Shown: positions 46,061 to 53,370 of the stretch, in pieces
Layout: every line of letters starts with the position of its first letter
How positions within the stretch are numbered: position 1 is the first letter of the stretch
Origin: Spirochaetaceae bacterium
Lineage (GTDB): Bacteria > Spirochaetota > Spirochaetia > PWKH01
Reading direction: 5' to 3'
DNA: 53,370 bases
NCBI GenBank assembly: GCA_003559765.1
Contig: PWKH01000049.1
Location: forward strand, 1-53,370
Program-made: the position numbers and the translations under genes
The notes under the pieces: model-generated
The model's database searches: none
Told to the model about the DNA's origin: nothing
Seen by the model: the letters and a program-made list of their open reading frames with translations, nothing else

Positions 46061-47010
46061 ACGCAGTATTCCTTTATCCCGGACAGGGAGCGCAGTACCC
46101 GGGCATGGGCCAGGATCTCTGGCACCGGTACGACCTGGTGAAAGAGCTGTTTACCGGCGCCTCTGAGATATGCGGCCAGGATATGAAGCGGCTGCTTTTT
46201 GAAGCAGATGAAACGGAATTAAAACAAGTAGTAAATACACAGACGGCAATTACCCTCGTGAATGTATCGGTGCGGGAAGTGCTGAGACGGGAATTCGGGT
46301 TCAGTTCCTCCGCAGCGGCCGGATTCAGTTCCGGTGAACTCTCGGCCCTCTTCGACGCAGGCTGCATGGATTTCGAGGATCTGATGATGCTGGTGAAGCG
46401 GCGGGCAGAGGAGATGGTGCGCTGTTCCTCCCTGCTGGCGGATCAGCACGGAGGGCCGGCTATGGCTGCGGTGATCGGACTGAATTTTGCCAAGGTCCGC
46501 GAAATCGTGGCCGAACACGGTCAGGGACATGTGTATGCCGCGAACGACAACAGTCCCCTGCAGGTAGCCCTGTCGGGTCTGGCAGATCCCATTGCGGCGC
46601 TGAAGGATCATCTCATTGCAGGAGGAGCGCGCCGGGTCATACCGCTGAAGGTGACCGGTCCCTTTCATACTCCCCTGCTGCAGGATGCGGCGGACGCATT
46701 CCGAGAAAGCCTGGAATCGGTGAACTGGAAGCCCTTCCAGAAGCCCTGCTGCGCCAATGTAAGCGGCGGATTTCATGAATCTTCGGCAGCCGTGCCGAAG
46801 CTGCTGACAGACCAGATTGTATCTCCTGTACGGTGGGTGGACAACATGGAGGCTCTCCAAGGACTGCCGCTGGATCAGGCGGTTGAAGCCGGTCCCGGAA
46901 AGGTTCTTGCTGGGCTCTGGAAAGGGGTCAGCAGAGAGATTCCCTGTCATCCCGGCGGAACACTGGAGCAGATTGAAGCACTGGCCGCAGAAGCGGCGCT
47001 GCAGGTGTAG
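46054..47010 (+). CDS. fabD: Malonyl-CoA:ACP transacylase
   Basis: PGQGAQ, TQ.AI, GFSSGE nucleophile elbow, AN.NSP.Q, GPFHT, E.GPG.VL. Confidence 0.93.
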   Translation: MVNAVFLYPGQGAQYPGMGQDLWHRYDLVKELFTGASEICGQDMKRLLFEADETELKQVVNTQTAITLVNVSVREVLRREFGFSSSAAAGFSSGELSALFDAGCMDFEDLMMLVKRRAEEMVRCSSLLADQHGGPAMAAVIGLNFAKVREIVAEHGQGHVYAANDNSPLQVALSGLADPIAALKDHLIAGGARRVIPLKVTGPFHTPLLQDAADAFRESLESVNWKPFQKPCCANVSGGFHESSAAVPKLLTDQIVSPVRWVDNMEALQGLPLDQAVEAGPGKVLAGLWKGVSREIPCHPGGTLEQIEALAAEAALQV

Positions 47011-47030
47011 CAGACAAAAAGGAGACAGCC

Positions 47031-47789
47031 ATGACAGATACCACGGGACTGCTGAAGGACAAGCGCCTTCTGGTTACCGGCGGTTCGAAGGGAATCGGAT
47101 GTGAGATTGTGCTTACGGCCCTTCGCTCCGGTGCTGAGGCAGTGTATCTCAGCAGAAGCAGAAGTTCCCGCCACGAGGAGATGCAGGAAGCCGCTGATCA
47201 CTCCGGCGGCAGAGTGAACTGGATTGAGACGGACGTCGGGGATGAACAGTCGGTTGAAACCGGGCTGAATGCCGCCTATGAGTTTCTCGGCGATATCGAC
47301 GTGCTGGTGAATAACGCAGGGATAAACCGCGACGGGCTGATCTTCCGCATGAAGACGGAAGACTGGCAGCAGGTGCTCGCAGTGAACCTGACCAGTGCCT
47401 TTTATACCTGCCGGAAAGTTGCCCGGCAGATGGCCAAGCGGCGAAGCGGTTCAATCATTAATATTTCATCGGTGGTGGGGTTAAGCGGCAACGGCGGACA
47501 GACCAACTACGCTGCTTCCAAGGCTGGACTGATCGGATTTTCCAAAAGCCTTGCCAAGGAAGTAGCCTCCCGGGGGGTTCGGGTGAATGTGATAGCTCCG
47601 GGATTCATCACCACCGATATGACCGATGCGCTCAAGGAAGAGCATAAAACAGCGCTGCTGGAGTCAATTCCCATGGGACGGTTCGGAACCCCGGAGGAGA
47701 TTGCCCATGCGGCGGTGTATCTCGCATCAGACCTGTCGATGTACATGACCGGTCAGGTGCTGACCGTCGACGGCGGCATGGTTACATGA
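47031..47789 (+). CDS. fabG: 3-oxoacyl-ACP reductase
   Basis: TGGSKGIG, NNAGINRD, NISSVVG..GN.GQTNYAASKAG, APGFI.TDMT. Confidence 0.96.
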   Translation: MTDTTGLLKDKRLLVTGGSKGIGCEIVLTALRSGAEAVYLSRSRSSRHEEMQEAADHSGGRVNWIETDVGDEQSVETGLNAAYEFLGDIDVLVNNAGINRDGLIFRMKTEDWQQVLAVNLTSAFYTCRKVARQMAKRRSGSIINISSVVGLSGNGGQTNYAASKAGLIGFSKSLAKEVASRGVRVNVIAPGFITTDMTDALKEEHKTALLESIPMGRFGTPEEIAHAAVYLASDLSMYMTGQVLTVDGGMVT

Positions 47790-47815
47790 TAGAGCAAAAC
47801 AACGAGGAGAAACGT

Positions 47816-49078
47816 ATGAACGGAGAACACAGACGGGTGGTCATTACCGGAATGGGTACGGTCAATCCGTTAGGAAATAATGTGCAGGACACATGGGCGG
47901 CGGTTAAGGCCGGGAAGTCCGGGGTGAGCCGGGTGACAAAGTTTGATGTCTCAAACTATGCGGCACAGATTGCCGGGGAGGTGAAGAACTTTGATCCCTC
48001 CGACTTTATGGAGCGCCGGGAGCACCGGTCCATGGCCGACTTCACCAAATACGCCGTAGCGGCGTCAGTGCAGGCAGTAGCGGATGCCGGGTTTATGAAG
48101 GACGGAAAACTGGTATATGATCCCCATCGGGTGGGAACCTATATCGGGAACGGAATCGGAGGATTTGAAGTGATCGAAGAATCGGTGATGAAGGTCCATA
48201 CCTCCGGTCCTCGGTCGGTAGCCCCGATGACCATTCCTAAGATGATCTCCAATGAAGCGGGGGGCAATATCGCCATAAAGTTCGGTCTCCAGGGCCCGTG
48301 CTTCACGATTGCAACCGCCTGCGCTTCCGGAGCCGATGCCATCGGAGCGGCCTTCCATGCCGTCAAGAGCGGCATGCTTGATGCGGCCGTCGCAGGCGGC
48401 ACCGAAGCCTCCATCTGCCCCCTCGGCATAGCCGGATTCTGCAAGATCCAGGCGCTTTCCACGAACTTCAACGACCAGCCTGAGAAGGCGAGCAGACCCT
48501 TTGACAAGGACCGCGACGGATTTGTCATGGGTGAGGGTGCGGCGGTCCTGGTGATCGAAAGTCTGGAGCATGCCCTGAAACGGGGTGCGAAGATCTATGC
48601 GGAAATTGCCGGATACGGAGCGACCTGCGATGCCTACCATGTCACCGCGCCCGATCCTGCAGGGGACGGAGCCACCAGGGCGATGAAGCAGGCCCTGGCG
48701 GAAGCGGGGATGAAGCCTGAGGATATTGACTACATCAATGCCCACGGTACATCAACCCCGACCAATGATCCGATTGAAACCAAGGCGATCAAGGACACCT
48801 TCGGTGATCATGCCTATAAGATGAAGGTCTCCTCGACGAAATCAATGACCGCACATCTGGTGGGCGCAGCCGGTGCAGTGGAGACACTGCTGTCGGTTAT
48901 GGCTATTAAGGACCAGTTCTTTCCTGCCACCATCAACCTGGATGAACCTGATGAAGCCTGCGATCTCGATTACGTCCCGAATCAGGGACAGCACGGGGTC
49001 ATCAACGCGGCGCTGACTGATTCCCTCGGGTTCGGCGGGCATAATGCGGCGATTATCGTCAAGAAATACACACAGTGA
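47816..49078 (+). CDS. fabF: Beta-ketoacyl-ACP synthase II
   Basis: RRVVITGMG, TACASG (C), NAHGTST and TAHL.GA (H,H), SLGFGGHN; ATG 47816 after GAGGAG. Confidence 0.96.
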   Translation: MNGEHRRVVITGMGTVNPLGNNVQDTWAAVKAGKSGVSRVTKFDVSNYAAQIAGEVKNFDPSDFMERREHRSMADFTKYAVAASVQAVADAGFMKDGKLVYDPHRVGTYIGNGIGGFEVIEESVMKVHTSGPRSVAPMTIPKMISNEAGGNIAIKFGLQGPCFTIATACASGADAIGAAFHAVKSGMLDAAVAGGTEASICPLGIAGFCKIQALSTNFNDQPEKASRPFDKDRDGFVMGEGAAVLVIESLEHALKRGAKIYAEIAGYGATCDAYHVTAPDPAGDGATRAMKQALAEAGMKPEDIDYINAHGTSTPTNDPIETKAIKDTFGDHAYKMKVSSTKSMTAHLVGAAGAVETLLSVMAIKDQFFPATINLDEPDEACDLDYVPNQGQHGVINAALTDSLGFGGHNAAIIVKKYTQ

Positions 49079-49086
49079 GGTGTCCC

Positions 49087-49509
49087 ATGAGTATTAAAGA
49101 GTATATTCCCCACCGGGAGCCCTTTCTTTTCGTTGACAGAATCGAACGGGCTGACAAGGAGATGATTGTCGGCAGCAAGACCTTCGGGAAGGATGAGTTT
49201 TTCTTTGCCGGGCATTTCCCCGGATATCCGGTGGTTCCCGGAGTGCTGCTGCTGGAAGCCATGGCGCAGTGCGGAGGTGCCGGAATCAGACAGGCTGAAA
49301 TCGTCCAGAAAACTGCCATCTATTTTCTGGTGAGCGTGGAGAAAGCCAAGTTCCGCAGACAGGTCGTTCCGGAAGAGACTGTCCGCTTTGAAATTGAGAA
49401 TCTGCGCATCACGCCGAATATGCTCAAACAGGCCGGAAAAGCCTACGTCGGGGATGAACTTGCCGCAGAAGGCAGCTGGATGGCGATCATCAAGACAGAA
49501 GAGGAATAG
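49087..49509 (+). CDS. fabZ: 3-hydroxyacyl-ACP dehydratase
   Basis: IPHREPFLFVD, FF.GHFPG.PVVPGVLLLEAMAQ, KFRRQV.P. Confidence 0.95.
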   Translation: MSIKEYIPHREPFLFVDRIERADKEMIVGSKTFGKDEFFFAGHFPGYPVVPGVLLLEAMAQCGGAGIRQAEIVQKTAIYFLVSVEKAKFRRQVVPEETVRFEIENLRITPNMLKQAGKAYVGDELAAEGSWMAIIKTEEE

Positions 49510-49517
49510 AACCTGAT

Positions 49518-50702
49518 ATGAAGATTGAACCGAAAATCATGAGAAATGTCTGCCTCACGGCGCATCCGAAGGGGTGTGCCGCCGAGGTAGAGAAGCAGAT
49601 TGCCTGGGTCAGCAAGAAACCCCGGGACAGGAAAACGCCCCAGCGGGTGCTGGTGATCGGCGGATCGACGGGATACGGACTCGCCTCACGCATCACCGCT
49701 GCCTTCTGGGGAAAGGCTGATACGGTCAGCGTCTCCTTTGAGCGCTCGGCGACGGAAAAGAGGACCGGAACTCCCGGGTGGTACAACAACCGTGCATTTG
49801 ACCGCGCCGCCCGCAGAGAAGGGCTGAAGGCGGTTACCATTGAAGGGGACGCCTTCTCCCATGAGATCAAGGACCGGACGGTGCAGGCGATTAAAAAGAA
49901 ACTGGGAGGAGCGGTCGATCTGGTGATCTACAGTTTGGCCTCCCCGATGCGGATTGATCCTGATACGGGGGCAAAGTACACCTCGGTGCTCAAGCCGCTG
50001 AAGGAGCCCTTTACCGGGGTGACGGTGGATATGATGAGCGGCGAGGTGAGCAGCGTAACGGTTGAGCCCGCTGATGAGCAGGCAGCTGAAGAGACGGTCA
50101 AAGTCATGGGCGGTGAGGACTGGAAGCTCTGGATTGACAAACTCAGGGAGGCTGATGTGCTGGCCGAGGGAGTGCAGGCGGTGGCCTATTCCTATATCGG
50201 ACCTGAACTGACCTTTCCGATCTACCGTGAGGGGACCATCGGACGGGCGAAGGAGGATCTGGAACAGAAAGCCCAATTGATCAGCGAGAGCCTCTCGGAT
50301 CTTTCCGGAAGTGCCTATGTCTCGGTGAATAAAGCCCTGGTGACCCGGGCAAGCGCGGTAATTCCCGTGGTTCCGCTGTATATCTCCATTCTGTACAAGG
50401 TTATGAAGGAAAAGGGACTGCATGAGGGATGCATTGAGCAGATCTACCGGATGTTCCGGGACCGGCTGTATGCCGGCGGCGAGGTGCCCTGTGATGAGGA
50501 GGGCCGCATCCGGCTTGATGACTATGAAATGCAGGAGGACGTGCAGGAGGACGTGCATCAGTTATGGCACCAGGCCAGCAGCGAAAACCTCCCTTCCATT
50601 TCCGATATCGAGGGGTTCAGGTCTGAATATCTGAGACTGCACGGATTTGACTGTCCCGGAGTGGATTATGAGGAGGATGCAGATCCGCGGTCCATTGAAT
50701 AA
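49518..50702 (+). CDS. fabV: Enoyl-ACP reductase FabV / trans-2-enoyl-CoA reductase
   Basis: AHP.GC, GGSTGYGLA, YSLASP, MGGEDW, YSYIG, GTIG.AK, KALVT.AS, GCIEQ. Confidence 0.95.
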   Translation: MKIEPKIMRNVCLTAHPKGCAAEVEKQIAWVSKKPRDRKTPQRVLVIGGSTGYGLASRITAAFWGKADTVSVSFERSATEKRTGTPGWYNNRAFDRAARREGLKAVTIEGDAFSHEIKDRTVQAIKKKLGGAVDLVIYSLASPMRIDPDTGAKYTSVLKPLKEPFTGVTVDMMSGEVSSVTVEPADEQAAEETVKVMGGEDWKLWIDKLREADVLAEGVQAVAYSYIGPELTFPIYREGTIGRAKEDLEQKAQLISESLSDLSGSAYVSVNKALVTRASAVIPVVPLYISILYKVMKEKGLHEGCIEQIYRMFRDRLYAGGEVPCDEEGRIRLDDYEMQEDVQEDVHQLWHQASSENLPSISDIEGFRSEYLRLHGFDCPGVDYEEDADPRSIE

Positions 50703-50787
50703 CTGAGTATTCCGCGGGGAAACGGATGATTTTTCTTTCCTTCCTGTGGTATACTCCTAGCAGAACCCGTTACTGCGAAGGGAGCGT

Positions 50788-51390
50788 ATGCCGAAAATAA
50801 TCGATCACGAGAAACGGAGGGAGGAAATCCTCTATCAGGCGCTGCAGGTTTTTGCTGATCACGGATACAGCGATACGAGTCTGTCCATGATTGCGCATGC
50901 CTGCGGGATATCCCGTCCGACGATATACCAGTATTTTCGTGATAAAGAGGAAATATTCCATGTAGCCGTTAAAAAGGTCACCGGCGATATGTTCACCCAG
51001 TACGGGGCCATCGCATTCGATACAGACCGGCCGGTGGCAGACCGGCTGAAGGATATCTGCAGCGACATCATTATGAAGGGATACGCCAACCGGGACAAGC
51101 TTACCGCACTGGCCGACGTCATGGTGCAGCGCAAACGGGAAGGGGGCGATTTCTCCGACATCATTATGCGCAGGACCGTGAAACTCAATATTCTGTTCAA
51201 GCGGCTGCTCCGCTACGGCATCGACAGCGGGGAGTTCCATCCGGTATCGGTTGACGATGTCAGCACCCAGCTGTATACCCTGCTGGAATCCTTTGGATTT
51301 CAGATGGCTCTGCTGGAGCACTTCAATCCGCAGACTTCGGTGCGGCTGATCACCATGTTCATCGAAAACCTTTCACACAAACAGGATTAG
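50788..51390 (+). CDS. TetR/AcrR family regulator
   Basis: RREEIL..A..VF...GY..TS...IA..CGISRPTIYQYF..KEEIF; own extended -10 TGG-TATACT at 50747-55. Confidence 0.92.
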   Translation: MPKIIDHEKRREEILYQALQVFADHGYSDTSLSMIAHACGISRPTIYQYFRDKEEIFHVAVKKVTGDMFTQYGAIAFDTDRPVADRLKDICSDIIMKGYANRDKLTALADVMVQRKREGGDFSDIIMRRTVKLNILFKRLLRYGIDSGEFHPVSVDDVSTQLYTLLESFGFQMALLEHFNPQTSVRLITMFIENLSHKQD

Positions 51391-52736
51391 GCGAACCACG
51401 TCCTTCCGTCCGTTTCGATGAGGGACCGGGCGCTTTCCGGCAGGCTCCGGTCTGCATGATTCTCTATTTCCAGGGAGCTTTCGGCAAGCATCGGTTCGAC
51501 CGCCATCCAGGCGTCAGTTATTTCTTCGATTGACGGGAAGAGACTCTTGTCTGACACAATGATTTTCTCAATGATCTGCTGATATGCCTCCGGGGTGTTT
51601 ACTCCGAAGGTGCTGAAGTGATCAAAGTTGAACCGAACCGGCTTGGATCCCCAGGGACTGTCGGGCTCCTTCATGTTGATCTGCAGGTCGATGGTCATCT
51701 GGGGATGCAGGGTGATGATCATGGCGTTATCCACCAAATCCTGCTGCCGGTCTGAGGATGTCCTGAAGTGCTTGAAGGCGATATAGATCAATGACTGCGC
51801 CTGCTTCTGCATCTTCCCGGTACGGACGTAGATCGGCACTCCGGCAAAATCAAAGGTGTCGACGTAAAGCTTCATGGAGCAGTAGGTCGGGGTGTGAATC
51901 GGCCCGTCCTTGGCCTCCTTCAGGGAGCTGTACTGAGCCAGGGAGAAATCGGTGACCGGAGCGATGGACCGCAGGACCTTGCGCTTTTCGTGGGAGATCT
52001 CAACCGGGGTGAAGGCCACCGGCTCTCCCATAGTCAGATGGGTGATGATCTGCAGGATGTGATTCTGAATGGTGTCCCGGACGACTCCGATCTGTTCATA
52101 AAACCCGAGGCGCTGGTCCACCCCGTAGGTTTCGTCGAATATGATCTGGATATGATCGATGAAGTGCTTGTTCCAGATGCCCTTGAACACATCGTTGTAG
52201 AACCGCATGACCAGCAGGCTCTGCATGAAGTCCTTGCCCAGATAGTGATCGACCCGATAGATTTCATCATCCGTGAAGGCCGACTGCAGAATGCGGTTGT
52301 AGTGAACCGCACTGTCGCGGTCAAAGCCGAAGGGTTTCTCCACCACAATTTTTTTCTGCAGTTCGCACCCCTGAAGCCGTTCGTGCACATCGCGGATGTC
52401 ATAGATTGCCGATTCATAGAGCGACGGCTGCAGGGCAATGTAGTAGATCAGTTCGATATAGCAGGTGTCTCCGATGAGCGAATGGAGCAGATTGATTAAA
52501 CTCAGTTTAGAACTGCTGCTCTCCATTGAGTACTGCACATAGTGCAGCTTTCCCCGGAGGGAGGACTGCTCATCCAGTCCGATGAAGGAGATATAGGATT
52601 CCTGGTCCGAAAACCGCCTGCCCAGAGCAATCACGTGAAAATCATGTCCCTGATCCAGCAGGGTCTCATATGCGGGAAGCAGTTTTTTCTGCACCAGGTC
52701 ACCGGTGCCGCCGAATTGAATAAAGATCTGTTTCAC
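51387..52736 (-). CDS. zwf: Glucose-6-phosphate 1-dehydrogenase (compact, 449 aa)
   Basis: FGGTGDL..KKL.PA, EKPFG, YRVDHYLGK, RD.IQNH, VRTGK; GTG start after GGAGG. Confidence 0.93.
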   Translation of the reverse strand: MKQIFIQFGGTGDLVQKKLLPAYETLLDQGHDFHVIALGRRFSDQESYISFIGLDEQSSLRGKLHYVQYSMESSSSKLSLINLLHSLIGDTCYIELIYYIALQPSLYESAIYDIRDVHERLQGCELQKKIVVEKPFGFDRDSAVHYNRILQSAFTDDEIYRVDHYLGKDFMQSLLVMRFYNDVFKGIWNKHFIDHIQIIFDETYGVDQRLGFYEQIGVVRDTIQNHILQIITHLTMGEPVAFTPVEISHEKRKVLRSIAPVTDFSLAQYSSLKEAKDGPIHTPTYCSMKLYVDTFDFAGVPIYVRTGKMQKQAQSLIYIAFKHFRTSSDRQQDLVDNAMIITLHPQMTIDLQINMKEPDSPWGSKPVRFNFDHFSTFGVNTPEAYQQIIEKIIVSDKSLFPSIEEITDAWMAVEPMLAESSLEIENHADRSLPESARSLIETDGRTWFA

Positions 52737-52737
52737 A

Positions 52738-53367
52738 TTACACCTCCAGGTCAGTCAGTACCGTCAGATGGGAGAATCCCTTGAATATCGAAGCGGGACA
52801 TCCGGCGGGATCATCAAGCTTCATGAAATTCTGCAGCGCATCCTGCTTTGCTTCGCCGAAGAACAGCAGCACTGCTGAACAGTGCGCACGGTGACGCCTG
52901 AACAGATGGGGAGTGAGCGTGATCCGGTGAGGCGGCGGTTTCGGCGCATCCCGTACCACCGCGGCATCCTCTTCGTAAACCAGTTCCGGCCGGCCCGGAA
53001 AGAGGGAGGCGACATGTCCGTCCTCACCGACACCGGCGATAATCATGGAAAATGCCGGAAGCACTCGTGCGTATGCTGCAGCGGCCGCTTCGGGGGGGAG
53101 GGTGAGATCAGGCCTGATGAACTGATCCTCCCGCATCCGCCCCTGGGTGATCAGCTGGCGCAGGCCCATCTTCATGATATCATCGGTATTAAAGGGCTCT
53201 GAGAGCCGCTCGTCGATCAGGTAGAGCCGCAGCCGACTGAGCTGGCTTGCCGTCGCCTCCATAAGAGCGTCGATGAAGGGCGCCACGCTGCGTCCGCCGG
53301 GCAGGGCAATCTGCACAGGATTTGCCGCAGGAATAACAGCGCATTCGTACCGCAGCCCTTCCAGCAT
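52738..53367 (-). CDS. pgl: 6-phosphogluconolactonase (possibly 5'-partial at the window edge)
   Basis: ALPGGRS, LIDER, GVGEDGHVASLFPG, PKPPP.RITLT; directly upstream of zwf. Confidence 0.85.
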   Translation of the reverse strand: MLEGLRYECAVIPAANPVQIALPGGRSVAPFIDALMEATASQLSRLRLYLIDERLSEPFNTDDIMKMGLRQLITQGRMREDQFIRPDLTLPPEAAAAAYARVLPAFSMIIAGVGEDGHVASLFPGRPELVYEEDAAVVRDAPKPPPHRITLTPHLFRRHRAHCSAVLLFFGEAKQDALQNFMKLDDPAGCPASIFKGFSHLTVLTDLEV

Positions 53368-53370
53368 AAT

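Noticed and set aside
51387-52736. zwf as a truncated pseudogene because of its short length
   Set aside because: All key motifs (GxxGDL, EKPFG, DHYLGK, QNH, RTGK) and the C-terminal AY/LF/W pattern are present with no stops or frameshifts.
1-53370. Genome-wide TAG reassignment (alternative code) suggested by the gcvR amber
   Set aside because: gpmI, SDR, metH, fabD, fabZ, tetR and others end at TAG at their expected C-termini, and no other conserved gene in the window is interrupted.
1-53370. tRNA/rRNA genes, IS elements, integrases, prophage or defence islands
   Set aside because: Intergenic spaces are mostly under 160 nt and show no cloverleaf, terminal inverted repeats or matching protein motifs.

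Overview
A gene-dense (about 55-60% GC by eye) chromosomal segment, most likely from a free-living spirochaete (Spirochaetota; inferred from the xGxxE-type binding-protein signal peptide, the DAHP synthase-prephenate dehydratase fusion, the large GH13 family and FabV/Ter). I found no tRNA/rRNA, CRISPR array, transposase, integrase or phage gene. Left to right: 3' end of gpmI; a FadR/GntR-controlled sugar cluster (SDR, CUT2 ABC transporter with an internally duplicated binding protein, SMP-30 lactonase); Zn-dehydrogenase plus DUF401; a kinase-like membrane protein; a degenerate DAACS symporter; nadE; a large GH13; pth; a methanogen-type homocysteine module (DUF39, NIL-ferredoxin, UPF0280) running straight into metH; yigZ, AKR, DMT; nth, a radical SAM-HhH protein and DUF523/TudS; aroF-pheA fusion; leuS; CNNM/CorC; a Pcp homologue lacking its catalytic Cys followed by a GcvR-like gene with one in-frame TAG; photolyase; sdaA; AKR; pfkB; fabH-D-G-F-Z-V; TetR; zwf and pgl. 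The most notable signals are: (1) about 15 genes whose ATG sits 5-7 nt after a sigma70-like -10 box with no Shine-Dalgarno, implying widespread leaderless mRNAs (so many ORF-track starts are wrong); (2) the sulfide-to-homocysteine-to-methionine operon; (3) the doubly aberrant pcp-gcvR pair; (4) the two-headed sugar-binding protein; (5) the nth/rSAM/TudS neighbourhood. All family calls come from motif recognition by eye, with no database search.
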